A stretch of DNA of 64,000 nt, from assembly GCF_001194135.2 (NCBI RefSeq), contig NC_068987.1:69713632-69777631 (forward strand), written 5' to 3'. The position numbers and the translations under genes are program-made. This stretch comes from Octopus bimaculoides. Taxonomy: Eukaryota. The notes beneath the pieces are model-generated. The model was not told where the DNA came from and did no database searches. It saw nothing but the letters and a program-made list of their open reading frames with translations. Shown in pieces: positions 13,681-26,390 of this stretch; position 1 is the stretch's first letter; each line of letters starts with the position of its first letter.

Positions 13681-16411
13681 TTACAAAAAATTCGATTGCG
13701 AACTTGCAAACATTACAAATGCTCACCCAACATGAACTTATTTAAAATTGTAACTAACATTACCAGCAAAAGAATAGGACAAAGTTTGTTATTAGTGTGC
13801 CATAACTGCTTATATATATATTAAAAAAAAGTTACTAATATTTCCTTTATTGAAGAACTTTATAAACTAAACGAATATGAATAAATAATATTATCACGTC
13901 AGTCATCGCATCAAGCTGTTGTGTGATTATTTTGACCTATGTAATAACACAGGGTCTTCTTGCTTCAGTATTATGTTCGGTTTTTATGGGTAGGTTCCAT
14001 AGTGTTTTGTAATTGTTAGTTTGTATCATATCCTTTGATTCGTGTTCATACTGCCTTTATGCTACTTTAAATCCTCTCTCTCGACTAATACCCCAATGCA
14101 ATTTTTTACAGATACACTCATGCCTATGCTTATACGCTATTTGCGCTAGTATACTGCATTCATTTAAGAGACGGTTAAATCTTCTATTTACTTTCCGGCA
14201 AATTAGGCGTTTTCTCTCTGATTTTTATCAATCTTTGCCTTTATCAGATTCACCTAAAATGGTAGTTCCTGATAGGCTAAGGAAAAAAAATAATAATCCA
14301 CCGAATGATTAAACGTAATTCACAGCTATCAAGAACATTATTATCGTCAGAATAACATTTGAATCAACATGACAGAAGCTGGAAGTCTCTATGATATCGC
14401 TTAACTTATTAGAATTATTAGAAATATTATAGAATCCTCCTCTGAAATTACACGTGCCACAATAAAATAATCGAAAGGTAAACATGTTAGATAACAAAGA
14501 AATGGGACAAATAAAGTGACCGATGGCAACTACTAAGTTGACTTTGTTTATAGCTATAAGAAATCGCATCTAGGCAGGTGGTAAATAACAACAATTACAA
14601 CAAAAATAAACAATAATTCAGAATGCAATTACATTCAATACCATTCATTATGACTAAGACAACCACCACCACCATCATCACCATCATCATCATCATCATC
14701 AGTTATCAAAAGCCAATTTCATTTGCAGTGTTGGAAAATCCCTCATCCCTTATCCTCTTGCATATTCATCAATCTCCCGGCAATCTTCAAGTCTGAATTA
14801 GTCCCCTTCATGAAATATCTCCTTCTTCCCTGGGAATAGTTAAGACGAATACGATGTCGTAGCACCACTTGAGGCTATAACACAGCTACGAATGCAGAAT
14901 TTAGAGAAACGTGCATAATACTCCGAACGATTATATAAATGAGTTCAACGAATGGTCCGGCTACTCATTTGAATATCAAATTTATTTGGTGTTGCTTTAA
15001 GTCGGGATAATCTTATGTTTATTGGGAATCACTCTATTTATAATGTATTTACTAGCTCATCGTCTTATGTCAAACCTAGTAACAATAGAAATTAGAGAAA
15101 AAAACTGAAACGGTTTTATTATGTTAAACAAAATCTATCATCGTTATATTTTTACACCGATATATAGCTGCAGATAAGCTTCTATGTATTTACCTAATGT
15201 AAATACAACGAAAAGGATGAATTTACAGCTGCATGCGTCCGGGGGTGATATCTCTTACAAACGTGCTGTGTTTGAAAATGCGATATCTATCAGAGCGTAG
15301 ACGAAAATCTTCCCGGCAGCAGCTAGTGAAGACGCTAGATGCATTCTGACTCGTTGAGATTTCATAATAGCGTGTACCCACAGACAACCGCATATTCATT
15401 TAGTTGCCGCCGATATATAGAAATTTGTTAGTTGCTGCCGATATATAGAAAATCAGTGAATAAAGACTCAATAGTAATTAGACATTGTTCGTCTCCATCC
15501 AATATGTATTGCATATAACGAATTTAAACCTACCATCACCAAAGGAGATATTATGTTTGGACGAATACGGCAGTATATTCGCCTTTCGCGATGTATTTAT
15601 ATTAAACATGTTACAGTGGTTAGTATTTCAGTCTGACAATGTTTGTATTGCATGTAACAAACTTCTATTGAGCCGAGCGGTGATTCGTAACACCAGTTAT
15701 TATTTATTCACTGCTTTCTTCTACGACACTGGCAACAAATTTCGTCTACGCATAACTTTGGAATAGACACATGGGAAAAAGGTGAGTGAACTAATTTAAA
15801 TGCAGAAGCTTTTTTATCTTTATTTATTCCTTTGAATTATTAATTATCACCCTGGCTTTCACTTATTTAGGGATTTTTCGAAAATGGTTGTATCTCATCA
15901 ATACAGGAAGTATCTCTTTTAATCAGTGTGTCAGTGCTTGCTTCCCAGTGTAAGAGTTGACAGCTTCGTTCAAACACAAACATCCACACATATACATAGA
16001 CATACATGAACCGTTAGATCATCGAAGAAAATCACATACAATTACGTTTTTCAAATAATGCATATTTCTTCATAATTGTGTGACACACTAGATTATTTGA
16101 CAAGGTCGAAACGATAAAATATAGTAGTCATGAATTCCTCACGAGTTATGATCAGAAAAGGAGAGAAGCCCTCCCAATCGAGAAGCATCATGAAGCCCAG
16201 ATGTTAATAGTAATCCAAAACTTAGCAATGCAAGAACATATCTGCCACGTAAATAGACCCAGTGATGTACTGCATATGTAGCAAGTAACTTAGGCGTGAG
16301 TTGAAGATATACGCACACAAACTAGGATGCGTTTACTAAAATACGTTCATATGCACAGATACATACACACAAATGCAACGCATTAACTGGTAAAGAAATC
16401 CATAGATACAA

Positions 16412-16486
<75 letters not shown>

Positions 16487-18640
16487 NNNNNNNNNNNNNN
16501 NNNNNNNNNNNNNNNNNNNNNNNNNNNNNNNNNNNNNNNNNNNNNNNNNNNNNNNNNNNNNNNNNNNNNNNNNNNNNNNNNNNNNNNNNNNNNNNNNNNN
16601 NNNNNNNNNNNNNNNNNNNNNNNNNNNNNNNNNNNNNNNNNNNNNNNNNNNNNNNNNNNNNNNNNNNNNNNNNNNNNNNNNNNNNNNNNNNNNNNNNNNN
16701 NNNNNNNNNNNNNNNNNNNNNNNNNNNNNNNNNNNNNNNNNNNNNNNNNNNNNNNNNNNNNNNNNNNNNNNNNNNNNNNNNNNNNNNNNNNNNNNNNNNN
16801 NNNNNNNNNNNNNNNNNNNNNNNNNNNNNNNNNNNNNNNNNNNNNNNNNNNNNNNNNNNNNNNNNNNNNNNNNNNNNNNNNNNNNNNNNNNNNNNNNNNN
16901 NNNNNNNNNNNNNNNNNNNNNNNNNNNNNNNNNNNNNNNNNNNNNNNNNNNNNNNNNNNNNNNNNNNNNNNNNNNNNNNNNNNNNNNNNNNNNNNNNNNN
17001 NNNNNNNNNNNNNNNNNNNNNNNNNNNNNNNNNNNNNNNNNNNNNNNNNNNNGCATATATATATATATATGTGTGTGTAATATATATATATATAAATGTT
17101 TGTGTGGTGTGTATGTGTGTGAGTGTATACAAATCTACACATATTCGCATATATATATTGTGCATGTGTGTGTGTATAGACAATGATGATAAGTTAAAGT
17201 GCAAAGGCGATCAAAGACATTCACCTATATATATACCTATACCAATGAGAGCGTGCAAAATATGCATGTATGTATATATGCATGTATGTATTATGTACTT
17301 TATATCAAGTTTATATCTGTGTGTGTGAGTGAATGTAATAATTCAGTTATGTGTGGCAATATTCTGTTTGTCTGAGGCAGTAGTAGCGCTATTAAAACAT
17401 CTGAAGTCACGGAGCCATCCTCCGTGGATTCAAAAGGCGAGGCAGTAATACTGTTCCGTGTTTATCAGTCCGGGAATATTCATTCATTCACCTCTCTAAT
17501 ACTTTCATCCGAAATGAAATTGTTATGAGCAATGGAAATGAGGTGGATCTATAAATATATTGCACTTTGAAGGTATTAACATATTTATGTACGCTTGTGC
17601 GTGTATGTGTATGAGTGTCGTTTGCTTGTGTGTTCAAGTATATTTCTATATGTGCATGAATGTGAGAGTCTATGCAGGTTTAAGTGTGCTGTTGGTGTTG
17701 TTGTGTGTGTGTTTGTGTGTCATTGTATGTATGTAATAATGACTATTTTCAGCTGAGAGCTTGAACCTTTTATACGCTTCCTATTCATATATGCCTTAAA
17801 CAGATAGGACAATAAATAAAAAGAGCTCTCTTTGAGTTTTATGTCCATTATATCATTCGTCGGTGTATAGCGCTGCCGTTTATAGAAAACCTAGGATTAT
17901 GTACAGCCGTTGACCAGGTTAACAAGCTCGTGCTGTGGACAAACTTCATTTTGTTTAAAGACCCCCTCAGCGAAAACAAGGTGTCATTCAAAAGTTTTCA
18001 ACCGTTGCCTATTCTAGCAACGCAATCAGTACGGGTTGGTCAATTGGGAAGTCAAGCATGAAACTGTAAAACATAGCCAGTTCTAAACTATCCGTATGTA
18101 GTCAACATGTTCAGCAATTGAGTAGCAATGGAAGAATTCTAACCTTAACAAGGCTATTCCCGCCAGGCAATGGACAAATTTATAAATCTATAATCATTGA
18201 AAATGAACAAGCAGATACTTGAAGAAGAATATCAGGTCACCTTTATGTTCTCCGCTCTGACTTACAATTTACGTAATATTATCTTTACGAGGCTGCTCTA
18301 TTTTGCATAATGTCCATGCTTTTCCCATGTGTTTCCATTCTACATATTATTCAGATTATATGCTATCGGCAGTCAACATGTTATTCTCTTCAAATAGCGT
18401 GCGCAATCTACATAATAAGGTGTCTTTTGAAGTGTACCTAATCTATCCTCTTCATAAACAGTCTCCAATTTATATATTGCCTTTTATCAAAGGCATTACA
18501 AAAGCTATTCCCAACAAGGATTAACTTTCAGACACTGATTTCCCAGCGAAAACAGCCTATGTATATGTGGATAATATTGAAAACCGATCGGAATAAGTCC
18601 TGTACTAACACCGCCTCTACGAACAGCATTGGCAGCACAA

Positions 18641-18830
18641 GCCAACACGGGCACCTCTACGTGGCCACATGACTTACTAGAAGTAGCAGCCAAATTTTGC
18701 ACAAGTAACATTCTGAGTAAAGAATACATGCAACGCTGTGAACCAAGATATATGAAATTGTTAGATAGTCATAGATGGAAAGAAGTCAATGAGAATAGGA
18801 CTTCTATTGCCCAGAATTGATATGGAATTA
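18641..18830 (+). repeat. Old dispersed repeat family C
   Basis: ctagaagtagcagccaaatt motif shared with 21226-21246 (ctagaaatagcagtcgaatct), about 13440 and about 58040. Confidence 0.5.
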
Positions 18831-19092
18831 AGTAGAGAAGAATCTTTCTGGAGACGAAGTGCTAGACGGAAGTACTACTATTTTTTTTCATAGAACGATT
18901 TCACGGAGAAGAGAGATGATGCCTACATAAGAAAATGTTTACAAACATGAAAATACAGTAGTTTTACATATCTGCAGCACTGTTGTTAACGCCATGCCAC
19001 ACCATATTTGTACGCCTTCTACGATTTCAATGCACTGAAGTCTCTGATAGCACATACTTAGCTACTAAGTACTACCTTCCACTATACTTCTG

Positions 19093-19125
<33 letters not shown>

Positions 19126-19132
19126 TTTGTGC

Positions 19133-19284
19133 TATTTCTTTACTACCCACAAGGAGCTACACACAGAGGGGACAAACAAGGACAGACAAACGGATTAAGT
19201 CGATTATACCGACGCCAGTGCGTAACTGGTACTTATTTAATCGACCCCGAAAAGATGAAAGGCAAAGTCGACCTCGGCGGAATT
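19133..19284 (-). mobile_element. SINE family A, tail type 1, cut by assembly gap
   Basis: Near-identical to 25170-25321 (ggggacaaacaaggacagacaaacggattaag...aggcaaagtcgacctcggcggaatt). Confidence 0.9.
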
Positions 19285-19329
19285 NNNNNNNNNNNNNNNN
19301 NNNNNNNNNNNNNNNNNNNNNNNNNNNTC

Positions 19330-19370
<41 letters not shown>

Positions 19371-20965
19371 GTGTGTGTGTGCGTGTGTGTGTGTGTTTGT
19401 GTGTGTGTGGGTGTGTGTGTACGTAATTGTAGCATGGTCTGATATTCATATATTTAGGATTTAGGATTTTGCTCCACGAAACTGGTTACAACTGGAAAAT
19501 CTTCTCAAGCTCAACGACAACGCTGATCTACAATTAGTGACGTTAAGGCATTTGCTATTGATAATCAAGAACCACAATAACTCCAACAACTACCAATACT
19601 CGACAGCTGCTTCTACTAGAAATTACACAGAGCCTGTGCCCTTTTACCACAAGTGTTCTTTAAAACGTAACGTAATTACTATCACAATAACGACTATCCT
19701 TCTCCCTGCTGTCCTCAGCATTTACAAATTGTCTAATTTCTGTAACAGAATCCTGACTGTAACTGTTGCAAAAATCGACAAAATAAGCACGAATATTAGC
19801 GAACCCACAAATATTACTATAACTAACGTTATTAAAACAGTGGCTCACAGCAGAGATATGGGGTATAAAGCATATATCGATATATATATTGCTTATTTTA
19901 TATAATGACTACACCTGTGTGTACCACTCTGAAAATATACACCCTATTACAAAGACACATACACAACTATTAACAGTACTGTGAATATAAACTACAAACA
20001 CTATATCTCAATCAGCTACTTATATTTACCACAATCATTATTAGCAACGCAACTAATGTTACAACCATCAATTCTCACACCACTAACAACAACACGTAAA
20101 CCAATATCTACTCCAATTATTGCCGTTAAACAGGACCCCAACTACCTCTTCAGCTGATATTCATAATCATTGAAAATAATATATTCTTGATCTCTTTGTC
20201 AATGTTTTTCTAAAGACATATTACATGCAAAAACCGCAGCAGATATTCGTTATTCTGAACATTTTACGCATAATTCTGTAATGTGAAAATAGTATACTCT
20301 TTCCAACACACTAGGTGCGATATAAGTATTTGCTTAATGCATAGACGATTTCAGAAACTCTCGAACAATAGAATACAATTGGCTACGATTTCTACCAATG
20401 TTGATTACAACGTCCTATTAAAATCTAAGTATTTTTAAGAAAATATTTTTTTTATTTCTGACTTCTTAATCGGTCGATAAATATATATTTAAGATTTCAT
20501 TACCAACGATTTGTTCAAGAGTATATACGTATGCGTCTAGTGGCATAGATCTATACATACTTGCACACATTTCATATAGAAAATATTGCTAAAGAAATAA
20601 GAGTGTTTTAAAAGGATGCATCATATATAATAAACCTAATAACTCAAGTCTGGAATTAGGTCCAATGGAAAACATTTCGAAGCAAAACCATCTACGAAGC
20701 ATATTTTAAATATACAAATTCAAAAAATAAAGCTTTTGTATCTGTATTTGTGTGACTTCACGCAACACACAAGTCACAGATATACAAAAATACACACATG
20801 CACGCTCATATTGTCATATATACACATTGTCATATACACCCATACAGATGATTATATTTATGTAAACATTTTATGTATGTATTTATTTCCGATATGTTAG
20901 CAAGTGTAGTATTTTAATGAATCCATAAACCTTAACAAATATTCACATAGACATATACACACAAA

Positions 20966-21176
20966 AATGGTTCCAAAATTCGGCACAGGGTCAGAAGATT
21001 TTGAGTGGTGGGAAGTCAATTAGATCCTTTTCAGAACTTGATTGATACTTGCTATTTAGACCCAGAAAGAATGAAAGACAAAGTCGACCTCAGCGGAATT
21101 TGATCTCAGAACGTAATGACGGACGAAATGACTCTAAATCCAGGGTGCAAATGGTCGTACCAGCTCGCCGCCTTAA
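20966..21176 (-). mobile_element. SINE family A, tail type 2, diverged
   Basis: Core aaagtcgacctcagcggaatttgatctcagaacgta and head ccagctcgccgcc. TSD-like atatacacacaaa (20953-20965) / atatacgcacaaa (21177-21189). Confidence 0.85.
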
Positions 21177-21490
21177 ATATACGCACAAATAAGGCATTCG
21201 AGACAATGGGAGAAATCATCCTTACTGCTAGAAATAGCAGTCGAATCTATGTGAGTGACTGTTCTCAAGAAAGACGTGGTTTTTTGTTCTTCTGTCAACA
21301 AAAAGCGCCACAATCGATCGTAGAACGCCACAATCGATCCAGTTATGGTGATGCTAAAATCCTGTTTCACCAATACACCAAACATTTGCTTGCATGAAGT
21401 TTTAAAGAAAACTGATGCAAGTATTTGGTTCTAATAAAATGATTAATAACACATTAATGAGAAACTGATACAGGATAAGCTAGACAGATA

Positions 21491-21536
<46 letters not shown>

Positions 21537-22650
21537 GTGAGAGTGAGTGTGTGTATGAGAGAGAGAGAGGCTAACAGACTAACAGACAAATAGACAGAGA
21601 TATGTGATGGAGTGACGAGCAATCAAAAATGCTAAATTATTTATTGTTTTGAGAATTTAAAACCAAACTATTCGAATGAAAGATAAATTATGATAATATG
21701 CACAAGTATTGTTTTGTTTTGTTTTATTTCAAACAGAAAACTGTTGTGGGTAAGAGAAAGTAGATATAAAATATATTGTTTCAACAATACGATGAGAATG
21801 AAAATCCAACTGAGAGTAAAGACATTTGTATTCATAATTTTAACGCAGTGAAATTTCTTTTTGTTCTGAAAGATTTGTACTTATTTACGTTCAAAAGTAG
21901 ACCTATGGCCAAAATTGTTTCAGCTGCGATCATTGTTTCAGGGTTTTTAAAAATTAATGCTAAAAATTCTACAAAACTCCTAAAAGTAGTAGTCAAAAAT
22001 CTTCATTCTATAAAATCACTTACTATCGTCTGTAAAAAAAAAAAAAAAAACTGTTTGGATGACGTACTCGTGGATGGTGAAATACGCTGTTCATAAAGTG
22101 ATTCTACAGTTCATAACAATAAAATACAAGTAAATATATAAGACATGTTTGCAAATACGTAAAAGGGACAGACGAAACATGATCGGTGACGAGCTGCGTA
22201 CGTACTAACGAGAAGTCTTACACGCCAACTATTTGATATAGTAGGCAAAAAATACCATTGACCATATTCTTTATCAAAATTTTACCTAGAATTGTCTACA
22301 AGTAAAACAAAAATCTTAAGCCCAGTTTCAGAATAACCTTACTACAACCCCCATATTTCTGCACTTGTTAATGTTCAGGTTGTAAATTTCTGTATATTTC
22401 AAAATCACACGAACTCACAACAGTGCCAAAAATATTTTCATACTTTGTTTTTCATAGGAGCTGATATCTTTTTAAATGGGACACCATGAATATTTGTTTA
22501 GGATTAAGTGATTATTTTCTTGTCATTTATTTATTTATTTATTTTTCATCTTAATATTATTGCTTGAAAGAAATCTCATAAACGACTATAATTGATTGAA
22601 TCGGGGAAAATATATGAGAATTTGAAAGCCGAAAAGAAGACAACTCTGAG

Positions 22651-22723
<73 letters not shown>

Positions 22724-23838
22724 GTATTTTAAAGTGAAAAATAAAATAAAATGTGTGCATATGTTCATCAATGTATTTCGTAAAATTTGAGGATTTTATG
22801 CTTGTGCGCGAGTGTATGTGTAAGTGTGCGTGTGTAACATAACGCATGGATATAGAAAGTAAGAAAAGAAGCAGGACAAAGAGAAAGAGAGGGAGTGGGA
22901 GAGAGAGAGAGATGGCGAGAAAAAATCGGAGCGAGGGAGGGGAGAGAAAGAGTTAAAAGAAACGAGGTTGTAAGAGAATGTGCAGTGATATGGGTGCGCG
23001 TGCCGCATGGCAAAGCATGGCTGATAAGGGTTAGGTTGTTAGGGTGTTGCAGTCAGATATAGTAAATGATGGGTCACAGAGGGTAACAGTATATACGGAG
23101 GAAAGGAGAGGGTGAGCATACAGAGAAAGAGAGAGAGAGAGAGAAAGACAATGGGGTAGAGGGATATCTGTGTGTGTGTATGTGTATGTGTATGCGTAAA
23201 AGATAATTAATATGTTGCAGAATGTGGAAGAACTACAAAGAAATCGTGAAAGCAAGAAGGATTCTATCTGAAGCGATGTGTGTGTGCTTTTGTGTCCCCC
23301 ACTCTCTCTCATTCTCTCCGTCTCTCCCTTTCTCTCCCTTTCTCTCTCTCTCTCTCTCTCTGTTCCTCCGTGCATATATGTATGAATGTGTGGTCTTATA
23401 TGTGTGTGAGTGTGCGTGTATGTGTGTGTGTTTGTGCGTGTTTGTGTACATATATATATATATGTAAATATGTATATGCGTGTGTGTATGTGCGTGTGAG
23501 TGTGTGTGTGTGAGAGAGAGAGAGTGAAAGAGAGAGTGAGAGACAGAGAGAGAGCATGCACACTAATGTATTCATGTGTTGGCTAGACATAAATCGAGAG
23601 GGAAAAACTCATTTTGGTAGAGAAGTATGAGTGCAAACATATTTTAATGAGCCGGCGAGGGTGGAGAGGAGAGGAGAGAAACAAGGAGACAGAGGAACAA
23701 GGAAAGTCGGTTGAAAACGAAAACTGAGAAGTGGAGAGAATTGATAAAAAGAAAGAAGTAGAAATCATGACGCGAGGGAAAATGAGAAACGGTAACAGAG
23801 ACAAAGAGAGAGAAAGATAGATAGATAAATAGACAGAA

Positions 23839-23881
<43 letters not shown>

Positions 23882-24469
23882 TCAAGGTGTGAGTGAAAGG
23901 GAAAGAACGACAGAGACAGCGACACCGGGAGAAAGGAAGACTAATACACACACACAGGGGAGAAAAAGAAAGATAAAGAGAAAAAGAGAATTTGAGAGAA
24001 AGCCCGAAAAAGACAGAGGAACATATTGGAGCTGATCGAAGCGTGTGGTATGCGCCCGTGTGTTGTGTGTGTGTGTGTGTGTTTGAGTGAGAGTGTATGA
24101 GTGTGTGTCCGTGTGTATGTGGGAGAGAGAGAGAGGGAGAGAGAAGGAGTAGGGAATGAGAATGGAGGAGAAAGTTGGGATATTTTAAAACGAAAGGTTT
24201 AGGGGAAAGGAATTTATGCGTGTTTGAAGACTATAAAAGTAGAGAGTGAATGCCAAAGGTCACAATGGGGCAAGAGAGGAACAAAGAAGCGGGGGGATAT
24301 AATGCACTTGTGTATGTATGTGTGCATGTACGAGTGTATGCGTATGATGTGTTTGCTATACGTAAGCGCCCCTTTATTGCATCTGTGTTTGTTGATGAAG
24401 GAAACGTGGATTTGTGCGTGCTTGAAAGAAATAGATATTTAAATGAGCAGAGAAAAGGCGGTGGTGTTG

Positions 24470-24527
<58 letters not shown>

Positions 24528-25169
24528 GGGGATGAGGAAGAGGAAGCTGTGTGTGCGTATGTTTCAATACAACAACCTATATGTGCGTGCCTGTGTAAAT
24601 GTTTTTTGATTCCTTGCATATGTGTGTGAATGTGATTGGAACGCAATAAAGAATATTCGTAAAAAGTCAGTAAAAAGAGAAAGCAATGTGTTTGTAAATA
24701 TAATTGTAAAAATTTTGACATGTGTAAATGTAAATATCAGAGCTTTAAATGGCAGACACATGAGGATATCTTCTGAAAAACTGGTTTCCTATCCACTCCG
24801 GGTTAAAAACTTTCCATCATATACGGTAACGAATACCCCCAGTAACATTGATTAGTAATTTAGGTACAAGGGGCCTTATTTTCGTTGGGTGCTATATTCA
24901 ATTTTATGAACCTCACTCCCCAATACTTGAGTGGAGTTTATCGATCCAGTTGAATGAAATTCAAAGTAGATTTTGATGGGATTTCAACACAAATTAAAGA
25001 GCCTTAATTGTGTATTGTTCATTACCGTCCGACAAATTCTTCTATTCTGGCGTTCTGCACAACTAGTAATATTGATTTCTAGCTTTGATGCAGACCATGT
25101 ATTAGGTAGGAAGTATCAGGTCGGTAAAATGATAATATATGATTTGAAGTTCTTTTGGCTGTCATTTCT

Positions 25170-25400
25170 TATTTCTTTACTGCCCACAAGGAGTTACACA
25201 CAGAGGGGACAAACAAGGACAGACAAACGGATTAAGTTAATTATATCGACCCCAGTGCGTAACTGGTACTTATTTAATCGACCCCGAAAGGATGAAAGGC
25301 AAAGTCGACCTCGGCGGAATTTCAACTCAGAACATAGCGGCAGACGAAATACAGCTAAGCATTTCGCCCGGCATGCTAACGCTTCTGCCAGCTCGCCGCC
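25170..25400 (-). mobile_element. tRNA-derived SINE family A, full length, tail type 1
   Basis: Head GGCGGCGAGCTGGCAGAAGCGTTAGC, B-box-like GAGTTGAAATTCC, core GTCGACTTTGCCTTTCATCCTTTCGGGGTCGATTAAATAAGTACC. Exact 14-bp TSD tggctgtcatttct at 25156-25169 and 25401-25414. Confidence 0.92.
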
Positions 25401-26178
25401 TGGCTGTCATTTCTACGAGTCGAACGTCCATGTATTTCGAGGTATATTTGTATATTTGATGCGAATATGGAATGAAAGCATGTGCAAAATGTATCTAATC
25501 AAGAAGCATAAAGATAGAACCTGCATAATGAAAGTATTTCTGAGTATTGTGGCATTGTTACCATTCTCTGTTCTACCATATTTGACGTACCCCTAATCTC
25601 TACAAGGGTACGGTTAGAATATATTTCGTTTATTGTTGTATTTTTTTACGTCCCTCCACGATCCTCAAGCTTTTGTCTTTTTTTTTCGTTTCGTAATATC
25701 AATGTCATCAAAGCATCTTAATATTTTGATAAATGCTTCCTTTCTGATTGAAAAATTATAATTCATTCTACTCTGTCATTCATTTTCTCTCATTGATTCT
25801 TTTTTCTGTCTTCCGTTTTTATTTGTTGTCTAATTAGCTTCAGTTTTAAATTACTAATAACACAACAACTTTATCAATTATTTTATTATTGAAGCTACTT
25901 CGTTACCTGTTCAACTTTTCTCTATTTAATAACTTTTCTTACTAACAGATAAAACGCACACACACATTCTGTAACACCCACAAATCCAAATATTCCCTTC
26001 TTCGCATTTCGTTCATTCATTCACTGAATAAAATACTTGCTCAAACATATATTTTAGTTTTGTTCGGATATATTTTATCTAAACGTAATCTTATTCTATC
26101 ATCACATTCCATCCGCCACTTTTATCTGCTATTTATAAAATGCATTTTCACTTATTCTCTCATTTCTAATTTTCTCTA

Positions 26179-26179
<1 letters not shown>

Positions 26180-26218
<39 letters not shown>

Positions 26219-26390
26219 ATACACACACACATACACACAAACACACACACATACACACACACACATACACATACACACACACATACACACAAACACACAC
26301 ACACACACACACACACACGCAGGCACCAGGCGCGCACACACACACACACACATACAAATTCGCACATACATAGTATCATACACACACATT
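26180..26390. repeat. (CA)n compound microsatellite
   Basis: Direct reading. Confidence 0.95.

Noticed and set aside
15400-15451. Short tandem duplications (period 28 here; period 20 at 21306-21339)
   Set aside because: Ordinary slippage-type duplications with two units only; not CRISPR-like.
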